From contig CANJDH010000012.1 in the NCBI GenBank assembly GCA_947473125.1, positions 1,131 to 65,130 on the forward strand: a stretch of DNA of 64,000 nucleotides. The letters are read 5' to 3'. The stretch comes from Burkholderiales bacterium. Lineage in GTDB: Bacteria > Pseudomonadota > Gammaproteobacteria > Burkholderiales > JAEUOS01. Under the pieces are notes generated by a model. That model searched no databases. It saw only the letters and a program-made list of their open reading frames with translations, and was not told the origin of the DNA. The translations under genes and the position numbers were made by a program. Below are positions 8,431 to 17,425 of the stretch, in pieces (position 1 is the first letter of the stretch; the number at the start of each line of letters is the position of its first letter).

Positions 8431-8817
8431 ATGACTCTCCCAACTTCAAAAATGTGTTCCGCGATGGATGGCCTGCCCCAGAAAGCATTGATAGAAGTAG
8501 CCGCTTACTTTCAAGCTTTATCAGAGCCAACAAGACTCCAGATACTCAATCTGCTGCGTCAGGGGGAGCGCAACGTGGGTGAACTGGCCCAGTTGTGCGG
8601 CTTTACTTCGGCCAACATTTCGCGTCATCTGTCGATGCTGACCAAGCAAGGTCTGGTGGCGCGCGAGGGGCGCGGCAACAGCGTCTACTACCGGATTGCG
8701 GATGAGTCGGTCTATGCCCTGTGCGACCTGGTATGCGGCAGCATCGCGCGGCAAATCGAAAAAACCGCGCATGAACGCGCGATCTTTACCCAGCCGGGCG
8801 GCGCCACCAAGCGCTGA
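8431..8817 (+). CDS. ArsR/SmtB-family transcriptional regulator
   Basis: LSEPTRLQILNLLRQGERNVGELAQLCGFTSANISRHLSMLTKQGLV is a winged HTH of the ArsR family. Confidence 0.9.
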   Translation: MTLPTSKMCSAMDGLPQKALIEVAAYFQALSEPTRLQILNLLRQGERNVGELAQLCGFTSANISRHLSMLTKQGLVAREGRGNSVYYRIADESVYALCDLVCGSIARQIEKTAHERAIFTQPGGATKR

Positions 8818-8898
8818 GTTCGCAGTGATGCGGTGCGGCGTCGCGCAAGCCTGCGCCGATTAGAATATCGGGCAATCATCAATCAGCCTGGAACGCCC

Positions 8899-10002
8899 TT
8901 GAAAACCTATCGCATTGCGTGCATCCCCGGAGATGGCATCGGCAAGGAAGTCATCCCCGCCGGCCAGCAAGTGCTCGAAGCACTCGCAGCAACGCTCGGC
9001 AGCTTCAACTTCGAATTCGAACAATTCGGCTGGGGCGGCGACTGGTTCCGCAAGCACGGTGTAATGATGCCGGCCAATGGCTTGGAGCCCCTGCGCAAGA
9101 AGGATGCGATCCTGTTTGGCTCGGCCGGCGACCCGGACATTCCCGACCACATCACGCTGTGGGGCCTGCGCCTGAAGATCTGCCAGGGTTTCGACCAGTA
9201 CGCCAATGTGCGTCCGACACGCATCCTGCCGGGCATCCAGACGCCGCTGGCGCGCTGCAAGCGCGAGGATCTCGACTGGGTGATCGTGCGCGAAAACTCG
9301 GAAGGCGAATATTCAGGCGTCGGCGGGCGGGCGCACCAGGGGCACCCGATCGAGGTCGCCACCGACGTATCGATGATGACGCGCGCCGGGGTCGAGCGGG
9401 TGCAGCGCTTCGCCTTCAAGCTGGCCCAATCGCGGCCGCGCAAACACCTGACGGTGATCACCAAGTCGAACGCGCAGCGCCACGCGATGGTGATGTGGGA
9501 CGAAATCGCCCGTGAAGTGGCCAAGGATTTCCCAGACGTGACATGGGACAAGGAACTGGTCGATGCCGCCACGGCGCGCATGGTGAACCGCCCGGCCTCG
9601 CTCGATACCATTGTTGCGACCAACCTGCACGCCGACATCCTCTCCGACCTCGCCGCAGCGCTGGCCGGCAGCCTCGGCATTGCCCCGACCGGCAACATCG
9701 ACCCGGAACGCCGCTACCCGTCGATGTTCGAGCCGATCCACGGCTCGGCGTTCGACATCATGGGCAAGGGGCTGGCCAACCCGATCGGCACCTTCTGGTC
9801 GTGCGTGATGATGCTCGAACACCTCGGTGAGCAGGCCGCTGCCGACGCCCTGATGGCGATCATTGAAAACGTGACTGCCGATCCGAAGCTGCACACCGGC
9901 GACCTTGGCGGCACGGCCAGGACCGTAGATGTGACCAATGCGGTGCTCACGCACATTGCCAGCGCCAAAGCAAAAGCGGGCAAGGCACGCCAGGCGGCTT
10001 GA
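8899..10002 (+). CDS. Tartrate dehydrogenase/decarboxylase (D-malate dehydrogenase family, isocitrate/isopropylmalate DH fold)
   Basis: KTYRIACIPGDGIGKEV, NSEGEYSG and NLHADILSDLAAALAGSLG motifs. The N-terminus aligns best from the TTG at 8899; the ORF is open from a GTG at 8833, so the start is uncertain. Confidence 0.85.
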   Translation: MKTYRIACIPGDGIGKEVIPAGQQVLEALAATLGSFNFEFEQFGWGGDWFRKHGVMMPANGLEPLRKKDAILFGSAGDPDIPDHITLWGLRLKICQGFDQYANVRPTRILPGIQTPLARCKREDLDWVIVRENSEGEYSGVGGRAHQGHPIEVATDVSMMTRAGVERVQRFAFKLAQSRPRKHLTVITKSNAQRHAMVMWDEIAREVAKDFPDVTWDKELVDAATARMVNRPASLDTIVATNLHADILSDLAAALAGSLGIAPTGNIDPERRYPSMFEPIHGSAFDIMGKGLANPIGTFWSCVMMLEHLGEQAAADALMAIIENVTADPKLHTGDLGGTARTVDVTNAVLTHIASAKAKAGKARQAA

Positions 10003-10014
10003 AGCGTGTCACCC

Positions 10015-10056
10015 AATAAAAAAGCCGCCCGGGCCTGACGCCGGGGCGGCTTTTTT
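10015..10056. terminator. Bidirectional rho-independent terminator
   Basis: AATAAAAAA-GCCGCCC-loop-GGGCGGC-TTTTTT between convergent stops at 10002 and 10070. Confidence 0.8.
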
Positions 10057-10069
10057 CACGCGTCGGAAA

Positions 10070-11017
10070 CTACGCGATGGTGTTCCACATTTCCATGTCG
10101 CGCTCTGCGGTCCAGATGCGCGGGTTCTTGATGCCCTTGGCCTCATCGTAGGCGCGGCTCACATCAAACGGCATGCAGTGCTCATAGATCGGGAAGCTGC
10201 CATACACCGGGTCGAGCTTGGCGCGCGTGTCCTTGAACACACGGTTCAGGTCGTGCCCCGCCTTGACACCTTCCTTGGCACATGCCAACAGCTGGCGCAC
10301 AAAATTCTGCGTGAAATCGATCGCCTTGATCGCGTCGGCGGCGTTCTTCAACGCCGGACCGCGGCCGGGCACCAGCGACGTGGGTTTGAGGGCACGCAAC
10401 TTGTCGAGTGTGTCGGGCCACTCTTCGAGCTGTGCATCACCGGTGTAGATGCCGGCGTTGTATTCGACCAGGTCACCTGAAAACAGGGTGCCTTCCGACG
10501 GCAGCCAGGCGATCGTATCGCCGCGCGTGTGGCCCGGCCCGATCTGGATCAGGCGCACTTCAAGCTTGCCCATGTAGACCGTCATCTGCTTTTCGAACAC
10601 CATCGTCGGCCAGGTCAGGCCCGGCACGCTGTCGGCATTCTGAAACAGGCGCGGAAAGCGCTCGTATTCGCTTTGCCAGTCTTCCTGGCCGCGCTCGACG
10701 ATCAGCTCATAAGTCGGGCGCGAGGCAATGATCTGCTCTGCCTTGAAGGCCGAGGCCCCAAGCACGCGCACCGCGTGATAGTGCGACAGCGTGACGTACT
10801 TGATCGGCTTAGTCGTAACCTTGCGGATGCGGGCGATCAGGTCCTGCGCCATCACCGGGGTCGCGGTGGCATCGATCACCATCACGCTATCGTCGCCGAT
10901 GATCACGCCGGAGTTCGGGTCGCCTTCGGCGGTGTAGGCCCAGCCGTGCTCGGAGAGTTGCTCGAACGTGATGGTCTTGGCCGTCATGTCGGCCTTGGAG
11001 GCGAATGCTTTGCTCAT
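10070..11017 (-). CDS. MBL-fold metallo-hydrolase
   Basis: The VTLSHYHAVRVLG and GPGHTRGD motifs are of the metallo-beta-lactamase type. ATG at 11017 is preceded by AAGGAA; the upstream part of ORF 10070..11110 looks non-coding. Confidence 0.8.
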   Translation of the reverse strand: MSKAFASKADMTAKTITFEQLSEHGWAYTAEGDPNSGVIIGDDSVMVIDATATPVMAQDLIARIRKVTTKPIKYVTLSHYHAVRVLGASAFKAEQIIASRPTYELIVERGQEDWQSEYERFPRLFQNADSVPGLTWPTMVFEKQMTVYMGKLEVRLIQIGPGHTRGDTIAWLPSEGTLFSGDLVEYNAGIYTGDAQLEEWPDTLDKLRALKPTSLVPGRGPALKNAADAIKAIDFTQNFVRQLLACAKEGVKAGHDLNRVFKDTRAKLDPVYGSFPIYEHCMPFDVSRAYDEAKGIKNPRIWTAERDMEMWNTIA

Positions 11018-11057
11018 GCGATGTTCCTTTTCAATGACGCGATTACAGGCGCCGAGT

Positions 11058-11654
11058 TTAGCCCAAGCCCTTGAACAGGACCCGCGTGACTTCGTCGGCA
11101 TAGTCGGCATACGAGAGCGCGCCGCCGGGTTTGAGCCAGGTGAAGGTCCAGTTCATCGCGCCCATCAGCATCATCGTCAGCGCGCGCTGGTTGTCGGGCG
11201 AAACGCGCTTCGGGAAAGCGCGCTTCAACGCTTCTGCGAAGGCGTCAACCACGGCACGTTCGCGCGCCACGATGCGCTCGCGCTGCTTGTCGCCGAGGAA
11301 CTTGACGTCGTTGAGCAGCGCGATGTGGCGGGTGCGCGCGGTCTGGTAGGCATCGAGAAAGCTCGCAACCATGGCCTTCAACTCGGCCTGCGGCTTGATG
11401 CCCTCGCGTTTGGCGCGATCGCGCACCGCGATCGCGATGTCGAGCAGCTCCTGCGTGTGCCGGTCGAGCAGGTCGTAGAGGATCGCTTCCTTGCTCGCGT
11501 AGTAGTGATATAGCCGCGCTTTCGATGCGCCGCTCTTCTTGGCCACGTCGGTCATGCTGCACGCGGCATAGCCGGCTTCGGCAAACGCTTCCGCGGCATT
11601 CTCGAGAATGCGCAGGCGTTGCGATTCGTAGTCTGCCGCCTGGGTGCGTGCCAC
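11058..11654 (-). CDS. TetR/AcrR-family regulator (PaaR-like by context)
   Basis: N-terminal HTH ILENAAEAFAEAGYAACSMTDVAKKSGASKARLYHYYASKEAIL. It lies immediately downstream of the paa oxygenase genes. Confidence 0.85.
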   Translation of the reverse strand: MARTQAADYESQRLRILENAAEAFAEAGYAACSMTDVAKKSGASKARLYHYYASKEAILYDLLDRHTQELLDIAIAVRDRAKREGIKPQAELKAMVASFLDAYQTARTRHIALLNDVKFLGDKQRERIVARERAVVDAFAEALKRAFPKRVSPDNQRALTMMLMGAMNWTFTWLKPGGALSYADYADEVTRVLFKGLG

Positions 11655-11666
11655 AGTGTATTGCGC

Positions 11667-12755
11667 CTATCGCTCGTCGTACGAAATCACGACCTTGGGG
11701 GTGACCGGGTGCGACTGGCAGGTCAGCACGAACCCTTGCGCCAGCTCCTTCGCTTCGAGCGTGTAGTTCTTATCCATGCGCACCTCGCCCTCGAGCACAC
11801 GGGCGCGACAGGTGCAGCACACCCCGCCCTTGCACGCGTAGGGCAGGTCGAGCCCGGCTTGAAGGCCGGCATCGAGCACCACTTCGCCGTCGAACGGCAC
11901 CTTGAGGATGCGCGTCTTGCCATGCAGCAGCACATGCACCTCGGCGCTTGCAGCCGACACTGATGCGGTTTTGGGTTTGGCGGCGCCCGCCTGCGGTAGC
12001 GGCGTACCAAAACGCTCGATGTAAATGCGTTCCCGCGCCACGCCTGCTTTGCTGAGGGCCGCTTCGGCGGCATCCATCATCGGTGCCGGTCCGCAGATGA
12101 ACGCGGCGTCGATGCCCGCAGCCGGCACCAGGGTGTCGAGAAATTGGGCACACTTCTCTTCATTGAGCAGGCCATTGAACAACTCGACTTCCTGCGCCTC
12201 GTCGCTGATGACGTGGTACAGGCACAGGCGCCCGAGATAGCGGTTTTTCAGGTCCTCAAGCTCCTCGGCGAACATGATGGCACCCACCGCGCGATTGCCG
12301 TAGACCAGCTTAAAGCGGCTGGCGGGCTCGGCTTCGAGCAGGGTCTTGATGTTCGAGAGCACCGGCGTGATGCCGCTGCCGCCGGCGAAGGCAACGTAGT
12401 GCCTGCCGCGGGCGGCGTCGATGGCGCTGAAAAAGCGGCCATCCGGCGTCATCACGTCGAGGGTCATCCCCGGCGCGAACGTGCGGTTGGCGTAGGTCGA
12501 AAAACGCCCGCCTTCGATCTGCTTGATGCCGACGCGCAGTTCGCCGGCACGCGCGTAGTCCGATACCGCGCAGCACACCGAATAGGAGCGCCGCACTTCC
12601 TCGCCATCGAGGTTGGCGCGCAGGGTCACGAACTGGCCCTGCTTGAAGGCATAGGCATCGCGCAACGCATCGGGCACGGCAAAGCGCACCGAAATGGCGT
12701 CGGCGGTCTCGCGGCGCACATCGCTGATGCGCAGGGAATGAAATTGGGGCGTCAT
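11667..12755 (-). CDS. paaE: Phenylacetyl-CoA epoxidase reductase subunit
   Basis: RSYS FAD-binding motif, GGSGITP NAD motif and C-terminal plant-type 2Fe-2S CKGGVCCTCRA. The ATG (MTPQFHSL) is 52 codons into ORF 11667..12911, 2 nt after the paaD stop. Confidence 0.9.
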   Translation of the reverse strand: MTPQFHSLRISDVRRETADAISVRFAVPDALRDAYAFKQGQFVTLRANLDGEEVRRSYSVCCAVSDYARAGELRVGIKQIEGGRFSTYANRTFAPGMTLDVMTPDGRFFSAIDAARGRHYVAFAGGSGITPVLSNIKTLLEAEPASRFKLVYGNRAVGAIMFAEELEDLKNRYLGRLCLYHVISDEAQEVELFNGLLNEEKCAQFLDTLVPAAGIDAAFICGPAPMMDAAEAALSKAGVARERIYIERFGTPLPQAGAAKPKTASVSAASAEVHVLLHGKTRILKVPFDGEVVLDAGLQAGLDLPYACKGGVCCTCRARVLEGEVRMDKNYTLEAKELAQGFVLTCQSHPVTPKVVISYDER

Positions 12756-12757
12756 GC

Positions 12758-13291
12758 TCACAGCGGCTTGAAATAGTCGAACGGTTCGCGGCATGCGAGG
12801 CAGCGGTACAGCGACTTGCAGGGCGTCGAGCCGAACTGGGAAAGGCGCTCTGTGTTCTTCGAGTTGCACTGCGGGCAGGCCGGGTAGAACTGCAGGGACT
12901 GGGAGCGGCATCCCGAATCTGCATCGACCGCGTCCTGTCCGGGCGGGGCGATGCCATATTCCTTGAGCCGGGCACGACCGTGCACAGAAATCCAGTCGGT
13001 GCTCCAGGCCGGCGACAGGGTCGTGACGACCCGTGCTGCCAACCCGGCAGCGGCGAGTGCGGCGATGATGTCCGCCTCGATCACATGGGTGGCGGGGCAG
13101 CCGGCATAGGTAGGCGTGACGCGCACTTCGAGGCCGTGGGCAGCAGTGGTGATGCTGCGCACGATGCCGAGGTCCACCACCGAGATCACCGGAATTTCCG
13201 GGTCGCTCACGCCTGCCAGCACCTGCCAGGCGTGCGCCACCATCGGTCGCAGCTCGGCATCCAGGTCGGCACCGGCCACGACGCTCACCAC
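12758..13291 (-). CDS. paaD: Phenylacetyl-CoA epoxidase subunit PaaD
   Basis: DPEIPVISVVDLGIVR (DUF59/MIP18-like) plus a C-terminal Cys cluster CPQC...CLAC. Position in the paa operon supports the call. Confidence 0.85.
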   Translation of the reverse strand: MVSVVAGADLDAELRPMVAHAWQVLAGVSDPEIPVISVVDLGIVRSITTAAHGLEVRVTPTYAGCPATHVIEADIIAALAAAGLAARVVTTLSPAWSTDWISVHGRARLKEYGIAPPGQDAVDADSGCRSQSLQFYPACPQCNSKNTERLSQFGSTPCKSLYRCLACREPFDYFKPL

Positions 13292-14106
13292 TGCGCCCCG
13301 GGATGCTGGCGCGCCACGCTCTGCATCTCGATCAGCAGATAGTCCATGTGTTCGCTGTGGATTCCCGACTTGCCGGTGCTCTGAAAGGCGCTCGCAACGG
13401 GCATCTTCAAGGCGGACTCGTCAAGAATGGCTTGCACCAAGGATTTCCAGCCTGCATGCAACTCGGCGCCGCGCACGCCGATGCCGGCGGCGGCCACTAC
13501 CTCCTCGACCGCATCGGTAGCGAACAACTCGTTGGTATAGGGCATCAGCTGGTCGAGCGCAGCTTGCGCGCGCTCGTGGCTAGCTGGCGTGCCGTCGCCG
13601 AAGCGGATGGTCCAGTCGCTTGCATGGCGCAGGTGGTAGGCGGTCTCCTTGGCGGACTTGGCGGCGATGGCCGCCAGCTCGGCATCGGCCGACTGCGCCA
13701 GCGCCGCCCACAGTTGCGTCTGCCATGCGCAGAACAGCAGGTTGCGCACCACCGTGAAGGCATAGTCGGCGCTCTGCCCATGGCCTTTCGCGATGCCGCT
13801 GTTGGGCAGCTCGCACAGGGTGACATTGCGGAAGGCGCGTGCATCGCGAAAATAGGCCAGCGCGTCTTCGTTCCGCCCCTTGCCCTCAAGATTGCCGGCA
13901 TGCGTCAACAGCAGCCGTGCCTGGCCGATGAAATCGAGCGCGATGTTGGCCATCGCGATGTCTTCTTCGAGCACCGGGCCATGACCGGTCCACTCGGCGA
14001 GGCGCTGCCCGAGCACCAGCGACGAGTCGCCCAGGCGCAGCAGGTAGTCAATGTGTTCAGGGCTTGTCGTCTTCGTTGCCACTCTTGTCGCCATTGCTGC
14101 CACCAT
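13285..14106 (-). CDS. paaC: Phenylacetyl-CoA epoxidase subunit PaaC
   Basis: The YLLRLGDSSLVLGQRLAEWTGHGPVLEEDIAMANIALD pattern is typical of PaaC. Its start overlaps the paaB stop (GTG 14109 or ATG 14106). Confidence 0.85.
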   Translation of the reverse strand: MVAAMATRVATKTTSPEHIDYLLRLGDSSLVLGQRLAEWTGHGPVLEEDIAMANIALDFIGQARLLLTHAGNLEGKGRNEDALAYFRDARAFRNVTLCELPNSGIAKGHGQSADYAFTVVRNLLFCAWQTQLWAALAQSADAELAAIAAKSAKETAYHLRHASDWTIRFGDGTPASHERAQAALDQLMPYTNELFATDAVEEVVAAAGIGVRGAELHAGWKSLVQAILDESALKMPVASAFQSTGKSGIHSEHMDYLLIEMQSVARQHPGAQW

Positions 14107-14393
14107 CACATGTGCTCGACTTCTTTGGGCAACTTGTAGAAGGTCGGATGTCGATAGACCTTGTCGGCCATCGGATCGAACAACTCTGCCTTGTCATCCG
14201 GGTCGCTCGCGGTGATCGCGTCCGACGGCACCACCCAGATCGATACCCCTTCCATGCGCCGTGTGTAGACATCGCGCGCCATCTGCACCGCCTGCTTTGC
14301 GTCGACCGCGTGCAGGCTGCCGGCGTGCCGGTGGTCGAGGCCTTGCTTGCTGCGAATGAAAACTTCCCACAACGGCCATTCCTTTTCGCTCAT
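14106..14393 (-). CDS. paaB: Phenylacetyl-CoA epoxidase subunit PaaB
   Basis: 95-aa [29 protein letters not shown]... is typical PaaB. The ATG is 44 codons into ORF 14106..14525. Confidence 0.9.
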   Translation of the reverse strand: MSEKEWPLWEVFIRSKQGLDHRHAGSLHAVDAKQAVQMARDVYTRRMEGVSIWVVPSDAITASDPDDKAELFDPMADKVYRHPTFYKLPKEVEHM

Positions 14394-14728
14394 CTTGATG
14401 CCCCCTCTGATCGATGGCTGACGCCATATTCCCGTTCGACCCGGCACACACGCGTGCGGTACGCCGCGTACCAGTTGCTGCGGCCGCGCTCCTGCGCCAC
14501 CCTGTGCTCGGCCTGCCGTTTCCAATCCGCGATCGCGGCTTCACTTTCCCAGTACGACACGGTGATGCCGAGTCCTTCGCGCGCCGATTCGACGCCAAGA
14601 AACCCCGGCTGCATCGCGGCGAGTTCAACCATGCGCTGCGCCATAGCCTCGTAGCCGCCATCTACATCCGTGCGGACCGAGGTGAAGATCACCGCGTAAT
14701 ACGGCGGCTGCGGCGTATTCGCGATCAC
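14390..14728 (-). CDS. Antibiotic-biosynthesis-monooxygenase (ABM) domain protein
   Basis: The pattern [13 protein letters not shown]...[44 protein letters not shown] is of the ABM/ferredoxin-like type. Its GTG start overlaps the paaA stop (GTGA) and its stop overlaps the paaB start (ATGA). Confidence 0.75.
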   Translation of the reverse strand: MIANTPQPPYYAVIFTSVRTDVDGGYEAMAQRMVELAAMQPGFLGVESAREGLGITVSYWESEAAIADWKRQAEHRVAQERGRSNWYAAYRTRVCRVEREYGVSHRSEGASR

Positions 14729-15735
14729 GCCGCGCGTTTCCCGGCAAGTTCGCGCGCTGCGGCCTTTTCGGCGTAGGCCGTGGCCGCCTCGCGCACCCAC
14801 GCGCCTTCGGCATGCGCCTCTATGCGCGTGGCAAGGCGCTCGCGATTGCACGGGCCGTCGCCGTTGACGACGCGCCAGAATTCGTCCCAATCGATGGCGC
14901 CGTAGTCGTAGTGCCCGCGCTCCTCGTTCCACTTGAGGCCCGGATCGGGAATCGTGATGCCGAGCAACTCGGCCTGCGGCACGGTGGCGTCGATGAATTT
15001 CTGGCGCAGGTCATCGTTGGAAATGCGCTTGATGCCCCAGGCCGCCGACTGGCCGCTGTGCACCGAATCCTTGTCGGGTGGCCCGAACATCTGCACCACC
15101 GGCCACCACCAGCGGTTCAAGGCGTCCTGGGCCATTTCTTTCTGCGCGGCCGTGCCCTTGCACAGCGACAGCATGATGTCGAAACCCTGGCGCTGGTGGA
15201 ACGACTCTTCCTTGCAGATGCGGATCATGGCGCGCGCATACGGCCCGTAGGAGCAGCGGCACAGCGGGATCTGGTTCATGATCGCCGCGCCGTCGACCAG
15301 CCAGCCGATCGCGCCCATGTCGGCCCAGGTCAGCGTCGGGTAGTTGAAGATCGACGAATACTTGGCGCGACCAGCCAGCAGCGCATCAACCATCTGGTCG
15401 CGCGAGGTGCCGAGCGTTTCAGCCGCAGCATACAGGTACAGGCCGTGGCCGCCTTCATCCTGCACCTTGGCGAGCAGGATCGCCTTGCGCTTCAACGACG
15501 GTGCGCGCGTGATCCAGTTGCCCTCCGGGAGCATGCCGACCACTTCGCTGTGCGCGTGCTGCGAAATCTGCCGCACCAGGGTCTTGCGGTAGGCCTCGGG
15601 CATGACATCCCTCGGCTCGATTTTCAGGTCGGCGGCGATGCGCGCATCAAACGCACTGTTGCGCGCGGCTTCTTCGGGCGTGGCTGCGGCCACTGCCTTC
15701 GGGCCGCCGGGAATGTCCATCGCTTGGGTATACAT
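14725..15735 (-). CDS. paaA: Phenylacetyl-CoA epoxidase catalytic subunit PaaA
   Basis: Di-iron ferritin-like motifs ([32 protein letters not shown]). ATG at 15735 is preceded by AGGAGA; the ORF is open to a GTG at 15753. Confidence 0.9.
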   Translation of the reverse strand: MYTQAMDIPGGPKAVAAATPEEAARNSAFDARIAADLKIEPRDVMPEAYRKTLVRQISQHAHSEVVGMLPEGNWITRAPSLKRKAILLAKVQDEGGHGLYLYAAAETLGTSRDQMVDALLAGRAKYSSIFNYPTLTWADMGAIGWLVDGAAIMNQIPLCRCSYGPYARAMIRICKEESFHQRQGFDIMLSLCKGTAAQKEMAQDALNRWWWPVVQMFGPPDKDSVHSGQSAAWGIKRISNDDLRQKFIDATVPQAELLGITIPDPGLKWNEERGHYDYGAIDWDEFWRVVNGDGPCNRERLATRIEAHAEGAWVREAATAYAEKAAARELAGKRAA

Positions 15736-15807
15736 GTTGGTCGTCTCCTGCACCGCCGCAGCGGCGTCGTGCAGCCATGCTCGACATCTGGCTGCGGTGA
15801 GGTCGCC

Positions 15808-15838
15808 ATCCTATAATAAGCCGACCGGTTGGTCAATT
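15808..15838 (-). promoter_or_regulatory. Candidate paa promoter (-35 TTGACC, -10 TAGGAT) overlapping an imperfect palindrome centred on CCGG (GACCGGTTGGTC)
   Basis: Read on the minus strand upstream of paaA. 17-nt spacer. The palindrome arms are GACC/GGTC. Confidence 0.25.
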
Positions 15839-15891
15839 AATCATCCCAAGGTGCGCTTGCTGACTGTTGCCGCGTGCTATGTTGCGGCGCC

Positions 15892-17418
15892 ATGCTCGCT
15901 ACTTCCTCCCTTCTGAAGCACCTCCTGCTCGCATGGCTCGTCGCGGCGCTGCTGGCACTGGCGTTGCCCGCGCGCGCCGCCCCTGCCGCAACAAGCACGG
16001 CGGTGGTCGGCTCGAAGCGCTTCACCGAGTCCTACATCCTGGGCGAGATCGTGCGCCAGACACTGGAGCGCCAGGGCATCAGCGCCACCCACAAGCAGGG
16101 CCTTGGCAACACCGGCATCCTCGAGCAGGCGCTGGGCAGTGGCGCGATCGACGTCTACCCCGAATACACCGGCACGATCGCGCGTGAAGTCCTGAAGCGC
16201 CAGGACAAACCGTCGTTGGCTGAACTCAACGCCCTGCTCGCGCCGAAGAAACTGAAGGTGGCGATTCCCCTCGGGTTCAACAACACCTACGCGCTGGCAC
16301 TGCGCGAGGACGAGGCGGCGCGGCGCGGCATCAGCAGCCTGTCCGACCTTGCCATCGAAGCCAAGTCCAAAGGCCTGCGGCTCGGGCTATCGCATGAATT
16401 CCTGGCGCGTGCCGACGGCTGGCCGGCGCTACGCCAGACCTATGCCCTGCCGTTTGCGTCGCCCGCCGGGCTTGACCACGGCCTCGCCTACGAGGCAATT
16501 GCCAAGTCGCAAGTAGACGTGATCGACATCTACTCGACCGACGCCAAGATCGCGCGCTACCGCCTGCGCGTGTTGCAGGACGACCGCGGCTACTTTCCAA
16601 AATACGAGGCAGTGCTGCTGATGCGCGCCGACTTCAACAGCGCGCCTCTTGAGGGGCTGGCAAACCGGATCGACGCCGCGCGCATGATTGCGCTCAACGC
16701 TGCGGCCGAACTTGACGGCAAACCGTTCGCGGCGGTGGCTGCGCAGTTTCTGGGTGGTGCCACCCAAGCTTCGGCACTGCCGCAGCGCAGCGGCTGGGTC
16801 GCACGCCTGATGGCAGATGACTTCTGGCGATTGGCCCGCGAACACGTGTTTCTGGTGGCCGTGTCGCTGGCGCTTGCGGTCATGCTCGGCGTGCCGCTGG
16901 GCCTGTGGTCGCAACGCCGCCCCAAGGCGGGCCAGCTGATCCTGGCGCTGGTGGGCGTGCTGCAGACGATTCCCTCACTGGCGCTGCTTGCCTTCCTGAT
17001 TGCCCTGATGGGCAGCATCGGCACGGTGCCGGCGATCGTCGCACTATTTCTCTATGCGCTGCTGCCGATCGTGAGCAATACCCACGCCGGTCTGGCCGGC
17101 GTGACGCGCGGCGTGCTGCAGGCGGGCACGGCGCTGGGCCTGACGCCGCGCCAGTGCCTGATCCATATCGAATTGCCCCTGGCGGCGCCGGTGCTGCTGG
17201 CCGGCATCCGGACGGCCGCGGTGATCAGCGTCGGCACGGCGACCATGGCGGCGTTTGTCGGCGCTGGTGGATTTGGCGAGCGCATCACTGCCGGCCTGGC
17301 CCTCAACGACAGCGCCATGCTGGTGGCGGGCGCCCTGCCCGCAGCCGTGCTGGCGCTATTGGTGCAGGGCGGGTTTGCCTGGCTGGAACGCGCCCTGCGC
17401 CCCGGCGCACAACCTTAG
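15892..17418 (+). CDS. Fused substrate-binding/permease protein of a glycine-betaine/choline-type (OpuC/ProWX-like) ABC transporter
   Basis: A signal-like N-terminus is followed by an SBP domain (VGSKRFTESYILGEI...) and a C-terminal 5-6 TM permease with a binding-protein-dependent transport signature region. The ATG is 6 codons into ORF 15874..17418. Confidence 0.85.
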   Translation: MLATSSLLKHLLLAWLVAALLALALPARAAPAATSTAVVGSKRFTESYILGEIVRQTLERQGISATHKQGLGNTGILEQALGSGAIDVYPEYTGTIAREVLKRQDKPSLAELNALLAPKKLKVAIPLGFNNTYALALREDEAARRGISSLSDLAIEAKSKGLRLGLSHEFLARADGWPALRQTYALPFASPAGLDHGLAYEAIAKSQVDVIDIYSTDAKIARYRLRVLQDDRGYFPKYEAVLLMRADFNSAPLEGLANRIDAARMIALNAAAELDGKPFAAVAAQFLGGATQASALPQRSGWVARLMADDFWRLAREHVFLVAVSLALAVMLGVPLGLWSQRRPKAGQLILALVGVLQTIPSLALLAFLIALMGSIGTVPAIVALFLYALLPIVSNTHAGLAGVTRGVLQAGTALGLTPRQCLIHIELPLAAPVLLAGIRTAAVISVGTATMAAFVGAGGFGERITAGLALNDSAMLVAGALPAAVLALLVQGGFAWLERALRPGAQP

Positions 17419-17425
17419 CGCGGCG

